In this document: one piece after another, positions 22,201-37,200 of the stretch
Numbering within the stretch: position 1 is the first letter of the stretch
Layout: each line of letters starts with the position of its first letter
Assembly: GCA_964035545.1 (NCBI GenBank)
Contig: OZ037765.1
Coordinates: 15,624,995 to 15,688,994, forward strand
DNA from: Bugula neritina
Taxonomy: Eukaryota > Animalia > Bryozoa
DNA length: 64,000 nt
Direction: 5' to 3'
Notes under the pieces: generated by a model
What the model was told of the DNA's origin: nothing
Seen by the model: only the letters and a program-made list of their open reading frames with translations
The model's database searches: none
Program-made: the position numbers and the translations under genes

Positions 22201-25200
22201 GGTTTTGCATGGATTATCGCAAACTGAACAGCGTGACCATCCAGGACGCTTACCCTATTACAAGGATCGATGAGTCGCTAGATGCCTTAGCTGGTAGCAA
22301 GTTCTTCAGTACGTTATATTTGCTGAGCGGGTACTGGCAGAGGCGTTTGAGTTTTGATGCACAAGACAAAGCTGCGTTCAAAAGGCGGCATAGGCTCTGG
22401 AAGTGGAAAGTGTTGCCATTCGGACTTACATCTGCTCCGGCTACCTTTCAGCGACTCATGGAGCAGGTTCTCAGTGGGCTACAGTAGAAGACCTTGCTTA
22501 TCTATCTCGATGATATCCTCATCTCTCCCGACTTCGACACTCATGTCAATCGGCTTAGAGAGGTGTTCGATAGACTTCGAGCCGCCGGTCGGAAGCTCAA
22601 GCCCTCTATGTGCGCGTTGTTGCAATCAGAGGTCAAGTACCTAGGCCATGTAGTTGGCCAGGACATGGTCGCTATCGACCCCGAGAAGGTACGAGCTGTG
22701 AAGGACTGGGCCGTCCCTGTGGACATCCCTGAATTGCAGGCATTCCTGGGGTCGGTGGGGTACTATAGGCAGTACATACCCGACTTTGCAGAAATTGCCC
22801 AGCCATTAAACTGGTTGACAGAAAAAGGGGTCCGCTGGCAGTGGGCGTATGCAGAGCAGCAGGCAGTCGAGCACCTCAAGTATCGCCTGATGAAGGCACC
22901 CATCTTGACATACCCTCCTCAAGGATTGCTTGGTAGAGGCGCCCATCTTGTCGTACCCTGATCCGGCGAAGGAGTGCATTTTTAACACTGATGCGAGTGA
23001 CTACAATGTGGGAGCTGTGCTGTCTCAAGTTCAAAATGGTCGCAAGGTGGTGGTGGCTTACTACAGTAAAGCTATGTCGGCCCTGAAAAGAACTACTGTA
23101 CTACCATGAAAGAGCTTCCGGTAGTAGTTAAAGCGGTTAAGCACTTCAGAATATATATGTATGGACGAACAGATCACGCGTTCTTGATATGGTTGTGCAG
23201 ACGAGCTAAACCCTCTAGTCAAGTAGCGCAATGGCTTGAGATCTTGGCTGAGTTTTCACACCGGATTGAGCACCTACCTGGAGAAAAGCACAGTAATGTC
23301 GATGGAATTAGTCGGCGGCATGGAGAGGGGTGTAAGCAATGCCTAAATATTGGGCACAGGGATGGTGAACCCCCTCGCTCGGATGTGGAAGAACAGATAG
23401 GGAGAGCAGGTGCATATAGCTGGGAAGAAGGCCAACTCTAGTTTGATGCCTCCTCCAGCGCTGTTAACACCCTTCATGAAAACCCTACACTGTTCAGAAA
23501 CATCAGGGACCTTTGCAAGCTCCAATCTACGCTACCGGAGGTAGTAGCCGACTTAGTCCGGGCAAAGAAGGGGGGCGGCGGCCTATACGAGGCCGAACAA
23601 CGGGTCAAGTGTGCAGAGTTAAAGTATTTCGTGACCGTTGGGACTCCCTCAAGTTCAATAGTGGTGGGCTGTCAAACTATAGCATCCGGTGCAAATTACC
23701 AGAAACGTGAGAGGGTAGTCTGTCTGTTTATCCTTCACCGGGAGGTGATCTGCGACACTCATAAGCAAGCTCATGCTGGAGCTGGGAGGGTGACCAGGTG
23801 TCTTCAGCTCCAGTGGTATTGGCCCGGGATGTCCGACTCTGGGTGCAGAAGTGTGAGATATGCCAGGCTAGTAAGCATGGCCATTCCACTGAGACCACAG
23901 GGAGGCGTCGCCTCCACGCCAGTCGTCCGTGGCAAGTAGTTGCCGCAGATTTGGTTGGTCCCATGCCCACGTTTGTGAGAGGTAATAACTTGATACTGAT
24001 TTTAACCGACCACTTTCCGCGGTCGCCTGATGCTCCGGCTATTCCGGATGCGTCGGCCCCCACGGTGGCCAGGGCCTTGGATCAGAACGTGTTCTGTTAT
24101 TTTGGAGTACTGGAGCAGATACACACTGATCAGGGTGCCCAGTTTCAGTCGCAACTTATGAGCGATTTCTGTAAGACGTGGTGTGTCAACCAGAGCCAGA
24201 CTACCGCATATCACCCGCAAGTGAATGGGGTTGTTGAGCGGAACAACCGTATGCTAGGCAACTCTCTGAGAAGCCTGCTACTGGGTAAAAATCAGGAAGA
24301 TGGGGACTTGGTGCTGCCGCAAATCATGCAATCATACAGTAGTACCACTAACTCCAGCACACTGGAGACCCCGACCTTCTGATGCTTGTTAGAGAAACAA
24401 GGGTTCCTGAGCAAATAACCTACCATGTTCCTGCTCTAGAGAGCAGCGTCCACAGTAACGTAGATAGAGCTCATTACGCGCATAAGGACGGCTTACGAGA
24501 TTTTGCGTGAGCAGCAATGGCGGTTGAAGAGTGAAGACTCTGATGACTTCCCTTCGTATAAGGAGAGAGACTGGATGATCAGTCACTGCCGGCGGCACGG
24601 ACAGGCAGCTAAGTTACAGCCAAAGTTCGTGGGTCCTTATTGCGTGACCGAGGTGATGCCCAATCACCAGTATGAGGTGGAACGTTCGGGTCAAGTGTCG
24701 ATCCAGAATAAGGCCTGCTTGAAGCCATATTGGGTGAGCCGTGATGCAGCCGGGCAGGCGCCTTCACTTCTGAAACCTATGCGCCGTCTGACCCTAAGGG
24801 GATGGGCTAGGGTCGACAGTGAGTTGGAAGTTATAGTGCAGAGACCGGAAGAAGCGGCCGAAGAGGCAACATACCAGCCCCACCACCAGTGGAGCCGGCC
24901 GACGCACCTGTAGCCCCCCAATGAAATGGAGACTTCTCAACTTAATGAGGATAATAGAGCTGGGGAGGACCCACCCGTACCGGTGGACCCTTTCGCACCA
25001 GAGACCCCACCCAAAATGGTGGACTCATGGGTGGCAGCAGCTCCCCCAGTACCATTAGAACATAGCCAACGTACTAGGGTTTCTCCATTTTATCTTCAAA
25101 ACTTTTTGCGACTTGGTCTACATGCATACTATATTATAAGTCGTCAGTCAGTACAAAAGAAGTCTGGGGGCAGCAATTGAGAGTTGTATTCCCCAGTGGC

Positions 25201-28200
25201 AATTACATTAGGTCAGCTGGGGGGTCAGCAGGGGCGGAGCCAACTCACTGGTTAAGAGGAGTGTTATGTAATCACTCTCACCATGTGGAGCGCCCTTTCC
25301 AATTGTAACTGTTGACATGACAGCATGTATTTGTGGTCATTGGCAGCTACATGCTCTAAACAGACAGTATGGCTGACACTGTGATTGTCTTGGAGGGTAA
25401 GTCTACTAGTGAAACTCTGTTAATTAATTGAAATTTAGCCTAGCAGCCGACTACAGTCTCACTTTATCATAATGATAAAGTTGGACTCCTGACGTCAGGT
25501 GATTTCACTGACGACTTGGAGTTGAGCAATTACCCGGATGGTTTATGAAAACCAGGAGGCTGCTGATTATTCAACTCGGTCACAGTGTCGTACTGAATAG
25601 GTGGAGTCCCCTACAAGGGAGTGGTGATTCAATAACTGCTTACGATTGAATCCATGTGCTCTGTTGCAGATGAGGCCGCACCTGGGTCCCCCGGGATGCA
25701 GTCCTTATTAGATACCCTACTCCACAATAGGAAGAGATATCTGACACCAGCCTGGAACTGCTATCCGACCTACACTTTGGTACCTAGTCGGCCGAATAAC
25801 CACCACCCGTAGATGCTAGTACAATGCGGGTGACTTGTATGCAATGTAAACAAATGATTTTAAAGCATTGTATACCTAGGGTGTTTGACATTTTTAGATC
25901 AGATATTGTTTGATATTACAAATTTAATCTATCTATTTTAACACATATATTTGTATTTGTGATATTATTTTTTGTAAAAATATTAGATAGTGGGGTGGCC
26001 TAGTTTTTTTTATAGTATAGGTGGGTAAGTATGTGAAGATGCTAATAAAGCTGAGCCAGTGCCTTCATAAACTACAGGCATGTGTTCCAACCCATAATTT
26101 GGATCATTTGGATTTTAGTAAGAGCTGACTATAAGTGTATTTATATTGTGTAAGATGAGCATGTTATTATTATCCTAAAAGTTGAAAGGTTAACAGCTCT
26201 AACCAGAGTGGTAACAGTCAGCAAAACAAGTGATTAGTGGGATTCATATGATAGCTGCCAGCTTCAGCATAGCTCAATAACAAAAATCACAAAAATGCTT
26301 TGAAGTTTATGTTTTGTCAAATTGATCAAGAAAATTTTTTAAAAAGTTCCTGAAGCTGCTAATATGTGTGCTTATGCCAAAATATTATTCTCAAAAAAAT
26401 AAAACTTACACTAGCAATAGTCTTCACACAAACCTCAGATTTCTATTGGTTTTATGTGCCCTCTATGTACCATGGAGACTGCCCCTCAGCTTGGTGTGAG
26501 GAGACAATTTTGAAAATACAAATTCCCCTAAAGGGACATGTGAAAAGCATCTATTGGGGTAGATAAGAATGTATCGACTAAAATAAAATCCTTTCCATAT
26601 AAAACCTCCATCAGACCTGCAGTCCTGTGTGGTAATGAAGTCTGACCATAAGTCATAGCATGGGAGATAGGATGAACACAACAGAAATGAGAATGCTGAG
26701 GCATGGGATAATTTATGAAGTAAAAGTAGTATGGGCATGTTTGCAGCAGAGATGATATTTGCCTGGTTTTAAGTTATAGATCACTGATAACCAGAGAAGA
26801 AGCTGGCCCGACTTAGATATGAAAAAACATCATTGAATGCTATGACATTGAGCAAGATGTTCATTGCCGAGTCAGATGACGCTCACTTATTGAGCTTAGG
26901 GTTTACAAACCGGCTACACTTACAAGGCTACAGGCGTCTAGGCAGAAAGACAAGAAATTAATTGAGGTAGAAAGAAAATTGGCACCTTATTAAAAAAATA
27001 TGTAGTTCTAGTCAACCAGGTTTGTGAAAGCAACACTTAATGAGGCAACCAAATTTTGAATGGAATCTGCAATATTGATTCCAAGAGTGTATTTTCCTCA
27101 AGTTGTCCGTTAAACGATTTCTTAATTATAGAGTCTGTCAAAATATTGGTAACAGTTTAAAATTAGGTCCAGCAAAGTTTAGAGAGTGTACATAGGTCGT
27201 AGAGCAAGTCATTCCAAAGAAAACGAAATTTAATAGGCTAATAGCTTATTCAAACGGTCAACAAATAGGACGAATAGCGGACCAAAATGGCACGACGAAT
27301 GCGAATTTTGTTAGTTTTGGATCACGTGATCGGACTATTGCGTCAATTGCGCCCAACTAGCGTCCTTTGATTGGTCTGACAGTAGAAGAGTTTGTCAGTT
27401 TTGGATCACGTGATCAACTTTTCAAAATTTCGTTGGAACCAGACCCAGCAAGGTTTCAGGCAACGAATTTTTTCTGGTTGCACTCCATTGGCTCATTTCA
27501 AAAAGCAAAAAGCACGGGCATAATTCACATGGCAAACATATTGCTCAAGTAGCATTGCTTGTAACTAAATTAAATAATCAATATTTTAGTAACATTAATA
27601 ATAACAAATAATAATTAATTAAAACAAACAAATTTGTAGGAAGCATATTATTATGCTAGTTAGCAGTATCTTAAAATTATTTCAAGCAATTTTCATGACA
27701 GAAGTATGGTTTTTTTTATAGAAATTGTGAGAGCTTGACCAGCTGCATTGTATCAGTATGATTTTTGTGATCCTAAATACAAAGATGCACGTAGGCAACT
27801 GAGTTGATGTGCACAATGTGTAGCAGTGAACAAAAGTTAAGATGTAGTTAAATTGAAATTGATGCAACTAAATCATTTCACCTAAAGTAGACACTACGTA
27901 CGAACTTCTATTTTATTTTATAATTATTCCAGCTAAAACGTCTTAGCCATAGTTTTTTCATAGAGAACAAAAAATGGTGGATGTTGTTATATTTTTCAGA
28001 TTTGGGTTGATATGCAATCCAGAGAGTCTATTTATTTGCTAGAGAACTTCACCAGGATAAGTCGAGTTAATACGAGTATATTTTACACACAACAATACAT
28101 CACAAAAACTATACAAATACATTTAGTTAATTGCTACGTCTATACAATTCAACACTCTATTCTCAACTAACAGCGGGACAACTAACTACTACTACTAACT

Positions 28201-31200
28201 GTCAGTATTGCTAATTGGCTGTCCATTGTTCCAGGTCATCTACATGACCCCATGCTGCACAAAGGGGGAAATAATGTTTCCCTGTTATTACGTTGCTGGT
28301 AGCTCCACTAGCCACCACACCACCCCCACCAGCAGAAAGCCTTCTTTCTGATACAAAAAAATATTCGAAAATCAACGCACATAACATCAGTAGACCAAAA
28401 ATAATACAAATACAGATACATATACAACAATAGCAGACACAACCATTATAACAGTATGTCACATACAATTGGCTAGCTATAGAGAGAGAGTACCGCTAGC
28501 TGTGGTGTTGGACAAGGAAGATGAGCTGTCAAGCATTTACATGATAATAATGTCGTAGCCTTAGACTTCCAAGAGGGCGAGGCTTACGGATCATTCTAGG
28601 CAGAAGAACTAGAGTCAGTGTTTGGAAAGCTGATGTTTGGCTTGACGGGCACGTAGCTTCCGTTTAATCCGGCCTACAGAACCTTTTAGCTGGTAAAGTC
28701 CTGTTGTGGTACTGAGTAGATCCGGGGCCAGTTGGGTGAACTCAGCCTGCAGCCGAAGGAGGCGCTCCTCTACAGTGGCCAGGCGAGCAGGATCTGGAGA
28801 TGAGGTCCGCCGTCTACAAGGGGGGGGATCTGGAGATGGGGTCCGTCTTCTACGAAGGGGGGGGTGAGACTTCCTCTTCTTCTTCGGGGTAGGCGAACTC
28901 TTTGGGGATATACACAATCTGAGGGCGGTCAGATACCAATGGGGATTGCTGTCTCGCATTGTCTAGCACATGCTGGAAACCGGAGGTTAGGACGGCCAGT
29001 AACATCGCCTTCGCCACCAGGGGCCGTATTAGAGTCAGGAATTCCGGATAGAGATCAGCGTCTACTACATAATTCTCTCCCGAGAAACATCCAGCCGCTC
29101 GATGCCTTGTGACGGGGTAAGGGTAGACATCATTGTATCCGCATGGACAGAACGTTGATAAGAAGTGGGCATTGACATGTAGCCTCAAGGAGCGGTGAGA
29201 CGGGCACTCTTCATAGCAAATCTGGCACTGTGTTTTTGCTTTGGACCCCCAGGCCGCTTTTATCTTCCTCTCCGTCTCCGGTGTCACCCACCACCAGCGG
29301 CGGCGCAGCGGTTCAGGTCGTCCGCCATTGGTATACTCCTCGTGGTGTGGAGCGGGAGGTGCTCTATCACGTACCCTGGTTGCAGCAGGTCGAGTGTAAC
29401 CTGAAAGACTTTCAACAGCGTCAGTACAATACACTGTAGTGTTGTCGGCCTTGTACAGCCTGACAATTTCTCGTTTAGTTAGCACTCGTAGAGATTTACG
29501 GTAGTGAATAGTTGGCAGAACACACACTGCAGTGAGATTGTGAAGTCTCTAAGTCAATCTGAGTTCCTACCACTGTAGTTCACTACCCTATCTCCAGCTC
29601 AATTGACTCAGATGAGTCGGAGCTGAGTGATGCAATCTAGTTTCCATATCTAGACATAAATAACTCACCCCACGATCCGGTATCAAATGACATACTGAAT
29701 ATTTGTGAAATGGTTTGAACTATTGACTAGGAACACGTCTGCTCTTGACTGCATCAGCATAAGAAAAGATCGAGCAACGTGGTTGGGGTGCGTGACTAAG
29801 ACTTTGCACACCCGGCGGGTGAATTTTATTTCCAAATCCGCCGATACAAAAGTTGATTTCCCCGTGGTGTCGACAACTCCCACAATTGCTCGATACTTTT
29901 CCCGTATGGTCCCCCTCTAAACTTTCATACGCACTGCTTTTAACGCAGTCACATACAAATTTTTTTAAATATGATGGGGGTTGCCTCGTACGTTGTCCCC
30001 GCTCCAGGGGAGGTGGCGCACTCACCAGTGGACTAGTAGAGGCTTCTGACGGCGCCTCTAATTCACTGGTAGTGGTTACTTCTTCCTGTTCTCCGGATGG
30101 AGCCCCTTCTTCAGCTCCCGGACATTACCGGCCAAAACAGGGTTGGCGCAGAGGTTTTGTACAACCTCTGGGGACTCGTCAACCTTCTGCTTGAGTTGAC
30201 CCTGGTCCCAGTCAAACTGTGCCCCGTGGTGAGCCAGTGTCTCCAATTCATATCGCGGGTGACCTCCGTCCCTCCTCTCGATATTGAGACACTGTTTGCA
30301 ACCCCCGTCAGGTCGGCGGCTCAACCCATCCGCATTGCTGCGTCTCCTGCCAGGTCGATGTTCGATCCGGTAGGAGAACTCAGCTAGGACTTCGCGCCAC
30401 CGGGCGACCTGACTGGACGGTTCTGCTCTCTTGCACAACCAGATCAGGGAGGCATGATCCGTACGCAGGCGGAACTTCCTGCCATACAGGTATGGTCTGA
30501 AGTGCTTCACTGACTTGATTACTGCCAACAATTCCTTGCGGGTAATGCAGTAATTTCGTTCAGTGGGTGAGAGAGACTTGCTGTAGTAGGCTACTACTAC
30601 TTCTCAGCCTTCCTGCACTTGAGACAGCACAGCGCCAACATTCTGGTCACTGGCGTCTGTGTCGAGGATGTACTCCAGAGTGGGATCTGGGTAGGCCAAG
30701 ATGGGTGCGGTCAGTAGGCAACCCTTGAGGCGGTCGAACGCTCCTTGTTCAACCGGGGTCCACTGCCACGTCACTCCCTTTGCAGTGAGCCGGTTTAACG
30801 GCTGTGCTATCCCCGCAAAGTCTGGTATGTATTGTCTGTAATACCCTACCAGACCCTAGAAAGCCCGGAGTCCTGTCAAGTCCTGAGGGGTAACCCAGTC
30901 TTCTATAGCCCGCACCTTTTCAGGATCCGTCGCCACGCCGTTCCGGTGGCGGCGCCGGCGGCTGCGAAGGCTCATAGGCGGTACCTACTGGGGTTTGATG
31001 TTTCAGAGTTGCTATCAGTTTAGCCAACATGTCGGTCAGTTGGGCGACCTTCGATGCGACAGTCAACTGTGCCACAACAGCGGTCGTGGAGGGCTCCGCC
31101 TCTTGCTCGGCTGCTGTGTCCGCGGGCTCTATCTCCACTTGGCGGGAGTTCCCGCGATTTTTATGCATCTGGTTTGCCAGGAGATAAGCTTCCCCTTCTG

Positions 31201-34200
31201 CCAGAGCACCCTCGACTGTGGTAACTCCCCGAGCTAGAAATTGGTGGTGGAGTCCCAAGTCGTTGACAGACTGTACAAAGGCATCAAGAGTATACCTCTC
31301 ACGGTTAGCTTGAGGCAGATCGCTATACGCAATCTGCGCCAGCTTCATGACCGTGGTGGCATGTTCTTGAAGCGAAGTGTGGGGATCACGCCGCAGCCTT
31401 TGTAGACGGGCCCGGGCATCTATAGCAGAGATGCCGAAGCGGGCCCGCAGAGAAGCAAAGATACTATCAATGTCTAGGCCTAGCCCATAGGGTTTGGCCT
31501 TGTTCATCAATGACATTCTGAGCTTCAGCAGGGCCACCCTAGGTGGCCACTGGGCGACGTCCATTACGTCGCTAAACTCTTGAATGAATTGCTCCACTTC
31601 TTCTTCGCCCGTAAAGGTGGGCGCCTTCAACCGGTAGCGATCCTCATTCAGCTCCCGAGGAACTCTTCGCTCTTCTACCACATGATTCACAGGAATAACT
31701 TCATCTTTACGCTCACCTTCCACTGGCTGTGGTTGCATTCCAGCGTCTTCAGTCTCCATCTTGGATGTGCACTATCCCACTGCTGCCACCACTATTATAT
31801 TTTTCAGATTTGGGTTGATATGCAATCCAGAGAGTCTATTTATTTGCTAAAGAACTTCACCAGGATAAGTCGAGTTAATACGAGTATATTTTACACACAA
31901 CAATACATCACAAAAACTATACAAATACATTTAGTTAATTGCTACGTCTATACAATTCAACACTCTATTCTCAACTAACTAACAGCGGGAAAACTTACTA
32001 CTACTACTAACTGTCAGTATCGCTGATTGGCTGTCCATTGTTCCGGGTCATCTACATGACCCCGTGCTGCACAAAGGGGGAAATAATGTTTCCCCGTTAT
32101 TACGTTGCTGGTAGCTCCATGAGCCACCACAATGTGACTAATAGCTTATTCAGACACGACGACTAACGACTAACAATCATTGCACCTCTTTATCGCACCA
32201 ACTGCAGTAGTAGTGTATAGCTGCTTAGCAACGGTGATTTTACTAGTATAAAGTTGTTACTAGTTCAATTTAATCATAGTTGTGCGATAACAAAGTAAAA
32301 GTTTTGCGTTGATAAAATTATCAAATATGACAAATTTAAAATTTATTAGCTAAGCAAAAGTTGAAATTTTAGCAAATTTATGTTTAACAGTTGGACTGTG
32401 AAAAGTAAATGAAAATGACACATAAAACTGAATGCCGTGTTCATGTTTTTATATCTAACTCAAACTGATTATTTATTTTTTCATAGCCTTTTATTACTTA
32501 TTACTTATATTTTTTATTGTTGCTGAATAAAAAATTAACATGACCTGTTTTATATTATTTTCTCTATGAAAGAACTATAGCTAAAACGTTTTAGCTGGAA
32601 TAACCATAAAATAAAATAAAAGTTGGTACCTAGTGTCTACTTTAGGTGAAACGATTCACTTGCATCAATTTCAATTCAACTACATCTTGACTTTTTTTTC
32701 AAATCACTGCTACTCATTGTGCACTCAGTTGCTTACGTGCATCTTTGTATTTAGGATCACAAAGATTATACTGATACAGTGCAGCTGGTCAAGCTCTGAC
32801 AATTTCTATAAAAAAAACGTACTCCTGTCATGAAAACTGCTTGAAATAATTTTAAGATGCTGCTGACTAGCAAAATAATATGCTTCCTACAAATTTGTTC
32901 ATTTTACCTAATTATAAGTTAGTTACAAACAATGCCGCTTGAGCAACTTGTTTGCTATGTGAATTATGTCCGCGCTTTTTGCTTTTTGAAATAAGCCAAT
33001 GGAGTGCAATCAGAAAAAATTCGTCAGCTGAAACTTTGCTGGGTCAGGTTCCAACGAAATTTTGAAAAGTCGATTACGTGATCCAAAACGAACAAACTCT
33101 TCTACTGTCAGACCAATCAAAGGACGCTAGTTTGGCGCCATTGTTGCCATGGTCCGATCTCGTGATTTAAAACTAACAAAATTTGCATTCGTCGTGCCAT
33201 TTTGGTCCGCTATTCGTCCAATTCGTTGACTGTCTGAATAAGTTATAAAATGGATGGCCACCTGGTGTCGCGGTCCGTGATACCCAGTTTAGTCATGAGA
33301 GGGGGTTTTGACTAAAATGGGTGTTGAGAAAAATTTTCGTTTTATTTTCAGATTTTTAGACAGTTGTGACTGCTGAAACTATTATTAAATAAATCTTCAG
33401 TGAATAATAAACATCTCACAATCGTTTAAACCAAAAGACGTAAATAAAAAATGATAAAATTGAAATAATTATAACAAAAACCAAACTCATCAAAAGTTAT
33501 CTTTTTTATCAAAAATTGGATTTTCAATCAATTTTATTGTTATTGTTGCGATCATAGACATCCCGACTTATAAAACATATACTTTAAACTAGTAAAAACA
33601 CTGGGAGCAATACTGGAAAAACAAAAAAGATCACAAAGTTTAAAAAAATTAAATATTTTTGCGACATCTATTTTAGTTAAAATACCCCAGAATGACTAAA
33701 ATGGGTGTCCCAAGAGTTTCTGATTAGCATTTAACATTGAGGACAGATATAATTTTACAATTGACATCATTAAACTGCTTTTGCATTTTTACACCAACTT
33801 GGCTAATTAAAAAGTTTGAAACTGCAACACAAGAATAAATAAGATTAAATTCGTTGTGAAAATCCTTGGGGTCAAAAACTAGGGGGTGTCCGAAGAATTC
33901 AATACATGAATTTTAACCTAATTTTATTGGTATTTTTCAGTTTTTAGGCATGCTGACCTCATGAACCATATACTTTATTCTAGTATAAATACTGAGAGCA
34001 ATGTTAACAAACAAAAGTGTTTCCAAAGTGTGAAAATAAAACTAAAAAACTTTGCGACACCCATTTTAGTCAAAATCCCCCAAAATGACTAAAATGGGTG
34101 CCACGGTGATTTTTGCTTTATTTCTTAGCTTTTTGGATATTTTTGTCATTAATTTGATTGTTGATCAAACCTTTAGAAAAACCCTAATATATTATAATTG

Positions 34201-37200
34201 TTTCATTCCAAGTGACCATAGTAATTTGAAATAAAAACAAATTATGATAAAAACCGAAACCAATAGTGACACCCCTAGAGTTATCTTCTTCTCGTTCTGA
34301 GTTTTGTTTTTATCGTTTTTCCCCAATCTTTATCAGTATTAAGAGTTTTAATAATCTGAATTAGTAAAAGCAAATAGAAGTTTTAATATGATATAATTTA
34401 GAGAATTCAAAGCCGCCCAGAAAGCTAAAAATAAAGCAAAAATCACCGTGACACCTATTTTAGTCATTCGGGGGTGTTTTATCTAAAATGGGTGTCGTGA
34501 AAATTTTTAGTTTTATTTTCACACTTGGTAAACATTTTTGTTTGTTAATATTGCTCCAAACGTTGTTACCAATTTAAGGTATATGTTTCATAAGTCAGCA
34601 TGTCTATGATCTCAAAAATAACAATCAAATTTAGTTGAAAATTGAAATTTTTTGTTACAATTATTTTAAGTTTATCATTATTTATTCATGTATTTTGGTT
34701 TAAACGATTATGAAATGTTTATTATTCAATGAAGATTTATTTAACTGTCTAAAAATCTGAAAATGATACGAAAATTTTTCGCAACACCCATTTTAGTCAA
34801 AACCACCTCTAATGAATGACTAAAATGGGTGTCACGGACCGCAACACCGGGTGGCCACCCATTTTAGTCACACCCAAAATGGGTCGTGTCTGAAAAAGCT
34901 ATAAAACTTCAAAATGTGAATAACCGCTTAAAATACATACCAATCGCAAAGATTTGATCATGATGAGCAATAATGCCAATACCACTTCTCCTACTTCTCA
35001 TTGGGGCAATGTTTGTCCATTGGTTCGTTTCAGGATTGTAAAACTCTGCTGAGCTCATGCATTCGCTACCATTGAACCCACCAACCATAAACACTTTATC
35101 TTTAAATAAAGCATCAATCGAATTATTATAAATGATGTATAAAATTGAAAGTGAGCGCTAAAATACTGTAACTGTGAGGACTTGACATCTTACGGGGATA
35201 ACCATTGCTATACCAAGTTACTTAATGTTTTTTGTAGCACAGCTCAGGTTTGAAATGCAATATAACAACTAGAATCTCAGTTTAAACATATTGAAACATA
35301 TAAAATCAAACCAAAATGTTGATATATACTATATTATACATACAAAATAATACCAGTGAAAGTTGAATACTGGCTCAGCATTTATCCCACAGCTGTAGCT
35401 GATATGCAACTCTAATGACTTTCTAACTAGTCCAATAAGGCAAGAGAAACACTCTATTTTGGAAAGCGAGCATACAATGTTAGAATAAAGTTCACCGGAA
35501 CATAACTGTCTTAAAAAGATCTGGCATCAGTTCATAAACATACAGTTAGACTCTAAAAATATCCTCGCCCTGTAAGGGACACACATGGATGGATATTATA
35601 TAATCTGATAGATAATTAAGATCTCGGGCTTTAGGTTACACTTTGAACTCAAAAACTGTAACAGAGCTACATTGCAAACAAACAAATATAATGTAGCAGT
35701 TCATTTACCAATTTAAACAATTCAATATTTATCAACTAAGCTACTGATTGGCCTTATTTATTATTAAATGGAGATACCAACCATTAAGTGTAGTTGCACT
35801 AGCATCACTTCGTTGTTGGCTCATGGGTGCAATAAGACTCCATTGATTAGTCAATGGGTTATACCTTTCAGCCGTATTTTGCCTGTTTACACCATCAAAC
35901 CCTCCCATTGCATATATCATGTTATTCAGCACTGTCACACTAACGTAACATCTGCAAAATATAGTTGATACAATAATTCCACTGTTGTGTTGGTTAGGTG
36001 AACACTAAGATTGAAGATATATCACAATCACAACAAACCTTCTTGCATTCATTGGAGAAACTTCAACCCATACTTTGCTAGCAGGATCAAAGCATCTGAC
36101 ACTATTGAAATATTCAACCCCTGAAACAAGAATTACACATTTGAACCTATAGTTAACAAAATGAATAGGCTATAGAAAAAAGTTACCTAGCAAAGTTAAA
36201 AAAACACTGGTTAGTAGCCAAAGTATTTGTTAAATGATAAACATGAAGTTAAAGATTTGCTAAATTTACTGCTGTAATGCAATTATGCAACATATTACAG
36301 TAATTTATCAAACTCAAATTTGCCACAGAAAAAAGATACACCAAAAAATTAAGAAAAATTACCAACCATCAAACCCTCCACAAGTGTATATCAATCCATC
36401 TACAGTCGCAGTTCCATGATAAGCACGGGGTCCTGTATAAAATAACCCAAGCAGAAAGGCTTAACTCAAGCAAACAATATATACATGTTTCACTGCTCTC
36501 AACTGATATTCATTACTATTAAAATTTGCAGCAAAGGGAAATTACCAGCAAAAAAGCAAAAAAGTTTATACTCTGTTTATTAGAAGATATCATTAAATTT
36601 TGAACCTCACAAGAATTCCTAATTTCTTTTTGCACATTTAATTGTTGCAAGCTTGATAATTTAGATATGCTATTTTAATAAATAAAATTACAAAGATTTA
36701 TACTTCTAGTATGCTATTCAAATGAACATTATGCATTATAATGATATTCTAATTTCTAACTAGAACCCAAAATTTGAGCCTATAAAACCTAGGTACCAAT
36801 AACAAAAGAACATTAATCAAATACAAGTTTAGACAATTTCAATTCAATTACTCCAAAACCTCTGTGATTAAAATATTTAAGTAATATGTTGACCAGTTTT
36901 GAGTCAACTGAGTTTTTCATACAATTTTATCAACTTAGAGCAACTATCTGGATATACAGTTTACCCAGTGGATCTCCCCAGGGGCATTGTATCCATCGGT
37001 CAGCTCTTGTATCATAGGTTTCAATAACATTAGTAGGGCTGCCCCCTGACCAACCTCCGATAGCAAATAATATTTCATTTGGAATTCTAGGTCTTGCTAA
37101 GGGATTTGATGGATCTACTTCACGATCATCACTGATGTCTAAATCGTAGAGAAACTTGATTGTTTCAATAATCAGCGGTTTGCACTGCTCACTGCCACTC

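Larger units (their letters stand above)
27985..32131 (-). mobile_element. Internally deleted Gypsy copy C with both LTRs
   Basis: LTRs 27985-28319 and 31793-32131, 4-bp TSD ATGT, PBS TGGTGGCAGCAGTGGGA (tRNA-Leu-like) and PPT. Keeps gag (31759-about 30940), late RT/RNase H, the pol tail and ORF3. Lacks protease, RT core and integrase. Confidence 0.96.
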
